A DNA stretch of 20,000 nucleotides from Gemmatimonadota bacterium (lineage in GTDB: Bacteria; 4572-55; J002), in the NCBI GenBank assembly GCA_003697105.1, contig RFFQ01000013.1, positions 61,902 to 81,901 on the forward strand, given 5' to 3'. A program made the translations under genes and the position numbers. Position 1 is the first letter of the stretch, and each line of letters begins with the position of its first letter. The notes under the pieces were generated by a model that saw nothing but the letters and a program-made list of their open reading frames with translations, was not told the origin of the DNA and did not search any database. Below are positions 8,616 to 16,999 of the stretch, piece by piece.

Positions 8616-9542
8616 CTATTCCTTCACAATTTCAATATCAAAATACGCCCGGTCAGCCGAGCCAAAGACCCCCACTCCACCGTGAATACCGCCATTTCTC
8701 TCTGGGTCATCACGGTAAAGGTAATTATAGTAATTCTCATCAATACTCATAATGTTGACATCGTAGGTGCCATAAAATACAACCATATCACGATAAAACC
8801 CGACGTCGTAAATCCCATTTTCATCAGGAATAATGCCCTGTAAGCGGAAATACGCCGAAATGTGGCGCGGTTCCCCATTGACACCGCCATACTCATCAAA
8901 ACTATTCACATCGGGGTTGTCATTTATAAACGGATCGATATAGGCGGCATCCTCCCATGCTTCTCGGCAGAATACATCCACCAACATGAGCTGTGATGGT
9001 TCTTCGCAGGTGATCCAGATGGGATACGCCTCCATCATTTCAGTATAAGTCATTACTTCCGGGCGAACTTTGGGGGCATGTACGACCTCAATGGGGTGCG
9101 GCGTAGTCGTTGTAGCAGTGAGAACATGGTCTTCAGTTTCCACTCGCAGATGGTACGTCGTCAAGGCGTCGATAGTGATATTGGGATTAGCATAAAATCC
9201 ACCCAGTGAGATCGTTTGGTAGGTAGTGGGGTCGGTATCGATAAGCCGTTCAATATCCCGGTACAGGTGGTAGAGGGTATCGATTTGGGTCGAACCGTCA
9301 ACTTGGAGAGTCACGAGGGCATTCTCAATAGCGGTCTCGTGGATGTCATACGGTTCCAAAATCGGCAAAGTGCGGCTAATGAAAATCGCGTTTGCCGCAC
9401 TAATGGGCTGATCAACATACAAATAGCCATGGATGGCAATTTGTTCAACATAGCTATCTGATTGCAACCCATCATCGGCATCACACCCCCACAGCAACAG
9501 CCATGCAAATCCCATCAATAAACAGATCATACATTTTTGCAT
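8616..9542 (-). CDS. Outer-membrane lipoprotein, DUF4249-like partner of the TonB-dependent receptor
   Basis: Lipobox LLWGC; N-terminal IHGYLYVDQP...ISRT...IENALVTL; C-terminal SIDENYYNY...GGIHGGVGVFGS pattern typical of DUF4249; directly downstream of a TonB receptor gene. Confidence 0.7.
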   Translation of the reverse strand: MQKCMICLLMGFAWLLLWGCDADDGLQSDSYVEQIAIHGYLYVDQPISAANAIFISRTLPILEPYDIHETAIENALVTLQVDGSTQIDTLYHLYRDIERLIDTDPTTYQTISLGGFYANPNITIDALTTYHLRVETEDHVLTATTTTPHPIEVVHAPKVRPEVMTYTEMMEAYPIWITCEEPSQLMLVDVFCREAWEDAAYIDPFINDNPDVNSFDEYGGVNGEPRHISAYFRLQGIIPDENGIYDVGFYRDMVVFYGTYDVNIMSIDENYYNYLYRDDPERNGGIHGGVGVFGSADRAYFDIEIVKE

Positions 9543-9556
9543 GGAAGCATCTCCTC

Positions 9557-11770
9557 TTAAAAATTGATATTGATACCTAAGGTGGGCAGGCGGGGTAGCA
9601 TAGTTACATCGTCGTAGGTGGTTTCTTCGGTGCTGGTATCATACTGCCGGATATAGATATTTTCATGGTTGTAAATGTTAATAAGTTGGAGATATGGTTC
9701 GATACTCCACGTGGTGAAGTGCTTTGTCCAAAATAGTCCGATATCTAGGCGCTGGTAATCCGGCAAGCGGTGGCGGTTCTTTTCGCCGGGATAGGCGAGG
9801 TCAATAATACGTCCGGTACCGTCCATAATGGGACCGCGCCCACTCGATAAAGTGGTTGGTTGCCCAGAGCCATATTTGAAATTGATATTGATGCGCCAAC
9901 CCTTGCCAAGTTGATAATCCTGCATCAGCACCACGTGATGCCGCCGGTCATATTGGGGAGGGTACGCCTTGCCCTGATTATAATCATCAAATTGGCGAAT
10001 CGTTTTGCCCCAGGCATAACCGATCCAGCCCTCAAAACCTTGCCAGCGGTTCCGCAAATAGAAGTCAATACCGTAAGCGTTCCCTTCGCCGGTACGGAAG
10101 GCATCACCGAGTTCCGTATTATCGTTATCGATGGCGGAGCGTCCAAATTCATCACTAAATTCGACTAAGCGGGCATAGGGTTTATAGTAGGCTTCAATTT
10201 CCAGATCAAAATCGGCATAGGGACCGATCTTCACCCCGCAAATATAGTGGTCAGCAAAACCGGGTTTAAGGGTTTCATCCACCGGAAACCACGCATCTGC
10301 CGCCCCGCCGATCTCTTCTTCCGAAACCAGATTCAAAAATTGCCAGTAACGCCCATACGTAAGGTGGGTGGCAAGTTTATCTGTCCAGCGATATTCAGCC
10401 GAAATCCGGGGCGAAACGGTTAGATAATTACCCTCCGAATAATCGGACAAGCGCACGCCCGGTTGCAACCGTAACACGGGAGAAACTTGCCAGTTATCTT
10501 GAATATACGCGGCATGGTAAGTGCCCTCATAGCTAAATTTGATCTGATCATCGCTGGCGGCACGCAGAAATACAAAGTCCAACATCTTTGTCTCAAACCC
10601 AAAATCCAACACGTGCGCCGGCGATGGAGTATAGGACAAGTTGCCCTTAACGGACAGGTCATCAATTTTGTTGTAGGCTTTAAATTCGATGTTGGTCAAG
10701 CCAATAATATTGTCGGATTTAAACCGGCTACCTCCGAGAACAAAGTGAGAAAACAGACGGCTATTAAAGAGGTGCGTCCATTGGACACAACCATTTTGGT
10801 TCCCCCAATCAAGGGTCAGGTCAAGGGTTTCTTCATCCCATCTCAACCGGTCGTTACCCCCGTAATAGCTAAAACTCACCCGGTCTGTCGGGGAAATATC
10901 ATAGTTGAGACGCACATGCGCATCATAAAATTTATAGGGGAGATTCAAATTCAGGGCTTTAGCCAATTGCTCAATGTAGGTGTGCCGCCCAGAGACCATC
11001 CACGAGCCTTTTGCCCAGGGACCATCCATTGTCAAACTCGAACTGATCACACTCAAGCGGGTAACCCCTTGAAACTCTTTGCGGTTTCCTTCACGGTTAT
11101 AAACATTTAACAACGAAGAGAGCCGCCCACCATAGCGTGCCGGAAAGCCTCCCTTTTGTAATTCAACAGATTTGACGGCATCCACATTGAACGTACTAAA
11201 AAAGCCAAAAAGGTGGTTGGGATTGTACACATCAATGTCATCCAGTAAGATCAAATTCTGGTCAGCACTCCCCCCACGGACATACAATCCGGCGGAGAAA
11301 TCAGAGAGTGTGGCGACGCCGGGAAGGGCTTGTACGGCGCGAAAGAGGTCTGCCTCCACCACCTGTGTTACATTTTTCAGGTCGATGCGGCGCAGAGAAA
11401 TTTTACTGGGTGTAACCTCGTATGCCTCTTTATCGGCTTCCACCTCGACCGCCTCCATCGCAATCGCTTTCGGGGTCAGTTCCACGGACTCCACGCGATC
11501 TGCCGTATCCGGTAAGCTCACGATCATTGTATGAGGCAGATAACCGATATAACTCCAGACCAGCTCATACTCCCCAGCCGGGATACCGGTAATCACGTAG
11601 TACCCTTTTTCGTTGGTGATAGTGCCAAAACGGGTCTCTTTGAGGAACACATTTGCCCCATACAGACTTTCACCGTTGGTGGCATCCCGCACAAACCCGC
11701 TCACCGTTGCTCCAACCGTGACCGATACCGTCACCAGTATCCATACCCCCATCATCATCAACGTTCGCAT
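9557..11770 (-). CDS. TonB-dependent receptor with N-terminal carboxypeptidase-regulatory-like domain
   Basis: Signal peptide; VSGFVRDATNGESLYGANV...GTITNEKGYY domain; plug LPGV...GLYVRGGSADQNLILLD...KGGFPARYGGRLSS; C-terminal beta-strand ending in Phe (LGININF); GGAGG RBS. Confidence 0.93.
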   Translation of the reverse strand: MRTLMMMGVWILVTVSVTVGATVSGFVRDATNGESLYGANVFLKETRFGTITNEKGYYVITGIPAGEYELVWSYIGYLPHTMIVSLPDTADRVESVELTPKAIAMEAVEVEADKEAYEVTPSKISLRRIDLKNVTQVVEADLFRAVQALPGVATLSDFSAGLYVRGGSADQNLILLDDIDVYNPNHLFGFFSTFNVDAVKSVELQKGGFPARYGGRLSSLLNVYNREGNRKEFQGVTRLSVISSSLTMDGPWAKGSWMVSGRHTYIEQLAKALNLNLPYKFYDAHVRLNYDISPTDRVSFSYYGGNDRLRWDEETLDLTLDWGNQNGCVQWTHLFNSRLFSHFVLGGSRFKSDNIIGLTNIEFKAYNKIDDLSVKGNLSYTPSPAHVLDFGFETKMLDFVFLRAASDDQIKFSYEGTYHAAYIQDNWQVSPVLRLQPGVRLSDYSEGNYLTVSPRISAEYRWTDKLATHLTYGRYWQFLNLVSEEEIGGAADAWFPVDETLKPGFADHYICGVKIGPYADFDLEIEAYYKPYARLVEFSDEFGRSAIDNDNTELGDAFRTGEGNAYGIDFYLRNRWQGFEGWIGYAWGKTIRQFDDYNQGKAYPPQYDRRHHVVLMQDYQLGKGWRININFKYGSGQPTTLSSGRGPIMDGTGRIIDLAYPGEKNRHRLPDYQRLDIGLFWTKHFTTWSIEPYLQLINIYNHENIYIRQYDTSTEETTYDDVTMLPRLPTLGININF

Positions 11771-11870
11771 ACTTCCTCCATGTTCGGGATCAACATAATT
11801 CGGGAATAGTCGCCAATGTAATCCCTTCTACCCAAATTCGCAAGAACCGTCTTTTTCATAGAGTCTAACC

Positions 11871-11899
11871 TTGACAAAATTCTTCACAATACTTACTTT
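11871..11899 (+). promoter_or_regulatory. Sigma70-type promoter pointing into the intergenic hairpin
   Basis: TTGACA (11871-11876), 17-nt spacer, TACTTT (11894-11899, TAnnnT); no plus-strand CDS follows. Confidence 0.65.
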
Positions 11900-11905
11900 T
11901 TCAGT

Positions 11906-11980
11906 TAGAGGCAGATGGTTTGTTTTTTGGTTTAAGTTCCCTTACCCCCTCACTTAAATTGAAAAGCACGTCTGCCTCTA
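11906..11980 (+). ncRNA. Candidate small RNA: 29-bp hairpin with C-rich loop
   Basis: 11906-11917 pairs with 11969-11980 (12 bp) and 11921-11937 pairs with 11952-11968 (17 bp), with a 3-nt bulge; 5 G-U pairs that work only on the plus strand; loop UCCCUUACCCCCUC; begins about 7 nt after the -10 box. Confidence 0.65.
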
Positions 11981-12022
11981 TTTCTACACCGTGACTCCCA
12001 CCTTTCATACGATTTCCCTATG

Positions 12023-12044
12023 AAAAAACCCCCGTTGCGGGGGC
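12023..12044 (-). terminator. Rho-independent terminator of dxs
   Basis: Minus strand GCCCCCG-CAA-CGGGGG followed by TTTTTT, 44 bp after the dxs stop. Confidence 0.8.
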
Positions 12045-12088
12045 ATTTCAGCAGAATGCATTCCCGAATAAAAACAACTTGCACCGGT

Positions 12089-13975
12089 TTATGCCATCAT
12101 TCCGGTAGGTTTAAGCCGGTTCTGCAACTTTTGATCGACAAATTCGGCGATTTTCTCCGGCGATAAACCCAAATCGTGTAATAGTTCCTGACGGGTGCCG
12201 TGCTCAATATACCGGTCTGGCAGACCCAACTGGTAAAGTACAGCGGTTTGGATTTGCAAGTCGGTCATATGCTGGGCAACGGCGCTACCGAAGCCACCGA
12301 TTAATGATCCTTCTTCCAGCGTCACAATGACCTGATGATGGGTCAAAATCCGATCCAGCATACCAATATCCATGGGCTTCACAAACCGGCAGTTGACAAC
12401 GCCCACCTGGTATCCATTTTGGGCGAGTTTTTCGGCGGCTTCTTCGGCGCGCCAGACCATTGAGCCCACCGCCAACAACACGGCATCATCTCCGGAACGG
12501 AGTTCCTCCCAAGAGCCGACCGCGATTTTTTTTGGCGGGTTATCGGGGTGATACGCAATGGCGGACTCTTTGGGATAGCGCACCGCGAACGGTTTTCCTT
12601 CCTGCAAGCCAGTCCAGATCAGATCGCGCAATTCGTCGCCATCTTTGGGTGCGGAAATAATCATGTTGGGGATACAATTAAAATAGGAGAGGTCGTAACA
12701 CCCATGATGGGTGGGACCATCTTCGCCCGCTAAACCACCCCGATCCATCGCAAAGATCACTGGCAACTTTTGTAAAGCTACATCGTGAATAGCATGATCG
12801 TAAGCCCGTTGCAAAAAGGTCGAATAGATGGCGGCAACGGGTTTGAGTCCCCCGGCGGCTAAACCGGCGGCAAAGGTAACACCGTGCCCTTCGGCAATTC
12901 CCACGTCAAAAAATTGATCGGGTAGTTCTTCTCGAAATTTAACCAGACCGGTACCCTCGGTCATTGCGGCGGTAATCACTGCGATTTGGGGGTCGGCTTT
13001 GGCAAATCGGAGCATAATATCGGCAAAGACATTACTGTAACGCGGCACATCCGCACCTGCCTTTTTCGGGGCAGAGGGTTTGACCGCATGATATTTTACC
13101 GGATCATCTTCGGCCGGCTTCAAGCCGCGTCCTTTGCGGGTAAGGACATGTAACAAGATGGGTCCGTGCATGTTGTCGCGGATATTTTGCAGGATTTCCA
13201 CCAGATCAACCACATCATGCCCGTCAATGGGTCCGATATAGCGGAAACCGAGTTCTTCAAACATCACGCCGGGAGAGATCAGATTTTTCAGGCTTTCTTC
13301 CAAATTGCTCATCCAGGATTGTACCTTACTTTTCGAGACCAACCCGCCCACTTTCCATAAATCTTCGCGTAAACGATTATAAAGCGGATTGGTCACAATG
13401 TGGGATAGCGTTTTGGAGATCGCGCCCACATTCGGGGAAATTGACATCCCATTATCATTCAGAATCACCAGAAAGTTACGGTGCTTATGCCCGGCATTGT
13501 TGAGTGCCTCGTATGCCAAGCCACCCGTCATTGCGCCATCCCCAATAATGGAAACCACATGATGGTGTTGTCCTAATATATCCCGCGCCACAGCGAATCC
13601 CAAACCCGCTGAAATTGAGGTGCTCGCATGACCGGCACCAAACACATCGTATTCACTCTCCGAGCGTTTCAAAAAACCACTGATACCGCCATAGCGGCGG
13701 ATGGTTTTCAAGGCATCGCGCCGTCCGGTCAGGATTTTATGAACATACCCTTGATGCCCCACATCCCATACCAGTTTATCCTCTGGCGGGTTATAGACAT
13801 AGTTCAGCGCGACGGTGAGTTCGGTAACCCCCAAACTGGAGGCAAAATGACCGCCGATTTGCGGTACCACCTCAATAATGTAATTCCGCGCTTCTTGACA
13901 CAATTGGACTAACTCTTTAGAACTCAGGGTCTTCAAATCGGCAGGTGAATCGATCCGGTTGAGAATTTCATACAT
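12089..13975 (-). CDS. dxs: 1-deoxy-D-xylulose-5-phosphate synthase
   Basis: GGHFASSLG, WDVGHQGYVHKILTGRR, GAGHASTSISAG, TPP motif GDGAMTGGLAYEALNNAG...LNDN, DVGIAEGH, YSTFLQRAYD, DGPTHHG. Confidence 0.98.
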   Translation of the reverse strand: MYEILNRIDSPADLKTLSSKELVQLCQEARNYIIEVVPQIGGHFASSLGVTELTVALNYVYNPPEDKLVWDVGHQGYVHKILTGRRDALKTIRRYGGISGFLKRSESEYDVFGAGHASTSISAGLGFAVARDILGQHHHVVSIIGDGAMTGGLAYEALNNAGHKHRNFLVILNDNGMSISPNVGAISKTLSHIVTNPLYNRLREDLWKVGGLVSKSKVQSWMSNLEESLKNLISPGVMFEELGFRYIGPIDGHDVVDLVEILQNIRDNMHGPILLHVLTRKGRGLKPAEDDPVKYHAVKPSAPKKAGADVPRYSNVFADIMLRFAKADPQIAVITAAMTEGTGLVKFREELPDQFFDVGIAEGHGVTFAAGLAAGGLKPVAAIYSTFLQRAYDHAIHDVALQKLPVIFAMDRGGLAGEDGPTHHGCYDLSYFNCIPNMIISAPKDGDELRDLIWTGLQEGKPFAVRYPKESAIAYHPDNPPKKIAVGSWEELRSGDDAVLLAVGSMVWRAEEAAEKLAQNGYQVGVVNCRFVKPMDIGMLDRILTHHQVIVTLEEGSLIGGFGSAVAQHMTDLQIQTAVLYQLGLPDRYIEHGTRQELLHDLGLSPEKIAEFVDQKLQNRLKPTGMMA

Positions 13976-14050
13976 GGGTTTCCCCTCCTACTCCGGTTTT
14001 GATGATGTAAATACGATATAAAACGCTTAAAACGCTCATACTATCGACGG

Positions 14051-14081
14051 AAAAAGGAGTGCTTTACCTTACCGCACTCCT
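14051..14081 (-). terminator. Rho-independent terminator of the S41 protease gene
   Basis: Minus strand AGGAGTGC...GCACTCCT stem followed by TTTT, immediately after the stop at 14088. Confidence 0.7.
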
Positions 14082-14087
14082 CAGATG

Positions 14088-15674
14088 TTAATTGGATGGT
14101 ACGGGTGTATAATCGCCGGTAAGCCGCCGGGCGTACTGCGCTTGATCATGCAATAGGGCAAGTGCTTCCGCGATCTGCCGGTCATGTTTTAATACTTCCC
14201 GATAGCGCGCATCCGACCCCCATAATTTGGCGACAATCTCGCGCCGAATGGAAAAAATAATATCATCTTTATTTTCATTGAGCTTCACTTCATTCAGCAA
14301 AACACCTTCTTTTTGTGCGAGTTGCTGAAACGCTTTTAGCATGGCATCCGTGACCATAAAATCAGGATCAGAAATCTCGTGTTGGGCCGTATAAGTCACG
14401 GCAAATTTAAACGGTATCGCTTTAATTTCGATCTCGCGCATAACCGGCGAGAGGCTATCCGGTTTGACTGTTATATCCGGCACAATTCCACCACCACCGA
14501 TGACTTTCCGTTTATTGATTTTCGTCGTGTATTCTCCGATACCTTGGTCGACGATATTGTGCGTTTTCATGGCTTCACCGGCTTCGGGGAAGAACTCCCG
14601 CGTATAATCGTTATCCGCTTTATGAATGCACCGCCCACTGGGTGTATAATAGCGAGCTATCGTGATTTTAAGCGCACCCCCATCGCTCAGCTCAATCACA
14701 TTTTGCACAGACCCTTTACCGAAGCTCGTTGTCCCGAGGATAATACCGCGATCCCAATCTTGAATCGCCCCCGCGACAATCTCCGAAGCACTCGCACTCC
14801 CCCCATTGATCAAGATGACCAACGGAAATTCTGGATGAGTTGCGCTCCGCTTGGCAATCCATTGGCGCCGGGAATCCGGTATGCGTCCCCGGGTAGAGAC
14901 CACTTCTTTACCGGCACCAATAAATTTTTCCACCACCCGCACGGCTTGATCGAGTAAGCCCCCAGGATTACCGCGCAAATCCAGCAATAATAACTCCATT
15001 CCTTGCTTTTCCAATTTTTCCAGCGCGGTTTCCAACTCCCGGCTGGTACTCTGTGAAAACTGAGCCACTTTTATATATCCGACACGATCATCCAGCATCG
15101 CGGCATAGGGTACACTTTTGATCTCGATCACCGCCCGGGTAAGACGAAACTCAATGGGCTCATCAAACCCCTCTCGTTCCACAGTCATCACCACGATAGT
15201 GCCCGGGTCGCCTCGCAAGCGGTCAACACATTCATCAATGGTCAGGTCTTGGGTAGGTTCGCCATCAATCGCCACAATACGGTCCCCGGCTTGGATGCCC
15301 GCTTTGAACGCCGGTGTGCCTTCGATGGGGGAAATTGCCGTTAAAACGTTATCCCGAATATCAACAGAAAGCCCAATCCCGCCATATTTGCCGCGCGTAT
15401 CCATTATCAATTCCGTATGAGATCGCAAATCCATAAATTGAGTGTAAGGATCGAGCCGGTAGAGCATCTCATCAATTGCGCTCCGTATCAGGACTTCGCT
15501 ACTTTGGGGCTGAACATATTTTTTCTCGATCAATGCCAGCGTTTTGCTGAATTTCCGCATGTTTTCTTTGTAGCCATCAGCATCCTGACCAGCACGAGTT
15601 GTTTTACCCGTGGCAAGCAGACCCAAGAGAATTACCACTCCCAGCAACAAACCAGTAAACCCTCGTAATTTCAT
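14088..15674 (-). CDS. ctpA: Carboxy-terminal processing protease, peptidase S41A with PDZ domain
   Basis: Signal/anchor helix; LDPYT, PDZ GGIG...PAFKAGIQAGDRI; DLRGNPGGLL, SASASEIVAGAIQD, TSFGKGSVQ, TIARYYTPSGRCI. Confidence 0.95.
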   Translation of the reverse strand: MKLRGFTGLLLGVVILLGLLATGKTTRAGQDADGYKENMRKFSKTLALIEKKYVQPQSSEVLIRSAIDEMLYRLDPYTQFMDLRSHTELIMDTRGKYGGIGLSVDIRDNVLTAISPIEGTPAFKAGIQAGDRIVAIDGEPTQDLTIDECVDRLRGDPGTIVVMTVEREGFDEPIEFRLTRAVIEIKSVPYAAMLDDRVGYIKVAQFSQSTSRELETALEKLEKQGMELLLLDLRGNPGGLLDQAVRVVEKFIGAGKEVVSTRGRIPDSRRQWIAKRSATHPEFPLVILINGGSASASEIVAGAIQDWDRGIILGTTSFGKGSVQNVIELSDGGALKITIARYYTPSGRCIHKADNDYTREFFPEAGEAMKTHNIVDQGIGEYTTKINKRKVIGGGGIVPDITVKPDSLSPVMREIEIKAIPFKFAVTYTAQHEISDPDFMVTDAMLKAFQQLAQKEGVLLNEVKLNENKDDIIFSIRREIVAKLWGSDARYREVLKHDRQIAEALALLHDQAQYARRLTGDYTPVPSN

Positions 15675-15757
15675 ATAAAAGCCCTCAGTCTAGTGATAAA
15701 AATGATAAAAAAGTTCGAAAAGGTTAAAAATTAGGCGATTTGCGTTTTAGTTATGTT

Positions 15758-15832
15758 TTATCCCCGAACCGGTGAGAATTTCCATATCTCCTCCTTTCGC
15801 GGCACAAGAAGATTTGGGATAATAGTCATCAT
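15758..15832. repeat. Degenerate direct repeat, copy 1 (left boundary of the accessory island)
   Basis: TTATCCCCGAACCGGTGAGAATTTCCATATC...ACAAGAAGATTTGGGATAATAGTCATCAT; by manual alignment 67 of 75 positions match 16849-16927, plus one 4-nt indel. Confidence 0.9.
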
Positions 15833-16809
15833 CATATCTCCTGTGTTACGCGTATCTGTGGGGGGAAATTTTGCTTTAGCTGGTCACTAAGGGTGTTCCT
15901 TTCCCAAAAAACACCACCGGCATACCCTTGTATCGTTTGATCGGTTTCAGCGAGTTCTAATCTTTTCTGTGCCCAACAGCAATACTCTTTATTCAATTCA
16001 ACTCCAGAAAATCTTCTGTTTAATTTTTTAGCAACCACACAGGTTGTGCCACTCCCTAAAAACGGGTCAAAAATGAAATCGCCCTCCTTACTACTTGCCA
16101 GTACCAATTTGGCGATGAGCTTTTCTGGCTTCTGCGTTGGATGATCTGTATTCTCAGGCATTGACCAAAAAGGTACAGATATATCCGTCCATATATTTGA
16201 CGGATGTGTCAGCCGGTAATTTCCACTATCGCTTTCTATCCAATCCTTCGGTTTTCCATCCTGTGTTCGGTATGGCGCAATGACTCGTCGTTTTAGTTTT
16301 ACAGCATCTACATTAAAATAATACTCTTTTGAGAGAGTACAAAACCAAATATCCTCAGTATTATTCTTCCAGTTACGTTTAGCACCTCGACCCTTTTCTC
16401 GTTCCCAAGTAATTCTATTTTGAATGATAAATAACTCGTTTAGTATGGGCGCAACAATAAGCGATGTTTTCCAATCCGAGCAAACATAAATAGTTGCCTC
16501 CGGTTTCAAAATATGACGAATGGAATACACCATATTCCTAAACCAGTGTTGATATTCAGCGTGCTCCTGCTCCTTAAACAAATGACCATTATAGTTTTTT
16601 GAAAGGTTATATGGTGGATCCAGGATAAGCAGATCCACAAAGTTATCAGGAAGATTATGAGCAACCTCAAATAAATCATTATTTATAATACGCCCTTCAA
16701 TATCGGCAACATTGACGCGATTGTGTACCCTCAATAACATCTGGGAAAATGTAGCTAGTTCTTCGACAGTGCACGTAAGCGTTCTATTTCTCGGCGCCCT
16801 TCGTTTCAA
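15832..16809 (-). CDS. Site-specific DNA methyltransferase, N6-adenine/N4-cytosine, beta class
   Basis: Catalytic DPPY precedes HPTQKP and the SAM-binding DPFLGSGTT (beta order). Likely start TTG 16809 (LKRRAPRNRTL) 5 nt after GGAGGAGG. Visibly AT-richer than its neighbours. Confidence 0.93.
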   Translation of the reverse strand: MKRRAPRNRTLTCTVEELATFSQMLLRVHNRVNVADIEGRIINNDLFEVAHNLPDNFVDLLILDPPYNLSKNYNGHLFKEQEHAEYQHWFRNMVYSIRHILKPEATIYVCSDWKTSLIVAPILNELFIIQNRITWEREKGRGAKRNWKNNTEDIWFCTLSKEYYFNVDAVKLKRRVIAPYRTQDGKPKDWIESDSGNYRLTHPSNIWTDISVPFWSMPENTDHPTQKPEKLIAKLVLASSKEGDFIFDPFLGSGTTCVVAKKLNRRFSGVELNKEYCCWAQKRLELAETDQTIQGYAGGVFWERNTLSDQLKQNFPPQIRVTQEI

Positions 16810-16848
16810 TGCAACCTCCTCCCCCAATTTATGGGTGCGATTCGGGTG

Positions 16849-16927
16849 TTATCCCCGAACCGGTGATAATTTCCATATCATCTCCCTTCACGGCTGGAAC
16901 AAGAATATTCGGGATAATATTCATCAT
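16849..16927. repeat. Degenerate direct repeat, copy 2
   Basis: TTATCCCCGAACCGGTGATAATTTCCATATC...ACAAGAATATTCGGGATAATATTCATCAT; same orientation as 15758-15832. Confidence 0.9.
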
Positions 16928-16950
16928 TTTAATGTCCTGTATGAATGGCT

Positions 16951-16996
16951 GCGGAACGGCAAAGCTCACCTGCCGCAATGGGGCGCCTTGTTGCAT
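16951..16996 (-). mobile_element. Degenerate (internally deleted) integron attC-like site
   Basis: Minus strand ATGCAAC-AAGGCGC-CCCATTGCGGCAGGTGAGC-TTTGCC-GTTCCGC, starting 3 nt after the hsdM stop: AAC...GTT core ends and an L'-spacer-R'-like right half, but no left arm to pair with GCAGGTGAGC. Confidence 0.55.
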
Positions 16997-16999
16997 GAT

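Noticed and set aside
11906-11980. Hairpin as a simple terminator or a riboswitch for the TonB receptor gene
   Set aside because: The G-U pairs form only on the plus strand, opposite to the receptor mRNA; dxs already has its own terminator at 12023-12044; no cobalamin or TPP riboswitch consensus is visible.
15734-15761. dif site using TTATGTTTTAT as the XerD arm
   Set aside because: The sequence 6-8 bp upstream has no XerC-like arm ending in ATAA.
15758-16927. Direct repeats as canonical attC sites, CRISPR repeats or IS ends
   Set aside because: No RYYYAAC/GTTRRRY cores in the expected positions, only two copies 1.09 kb apart, and no transposase.
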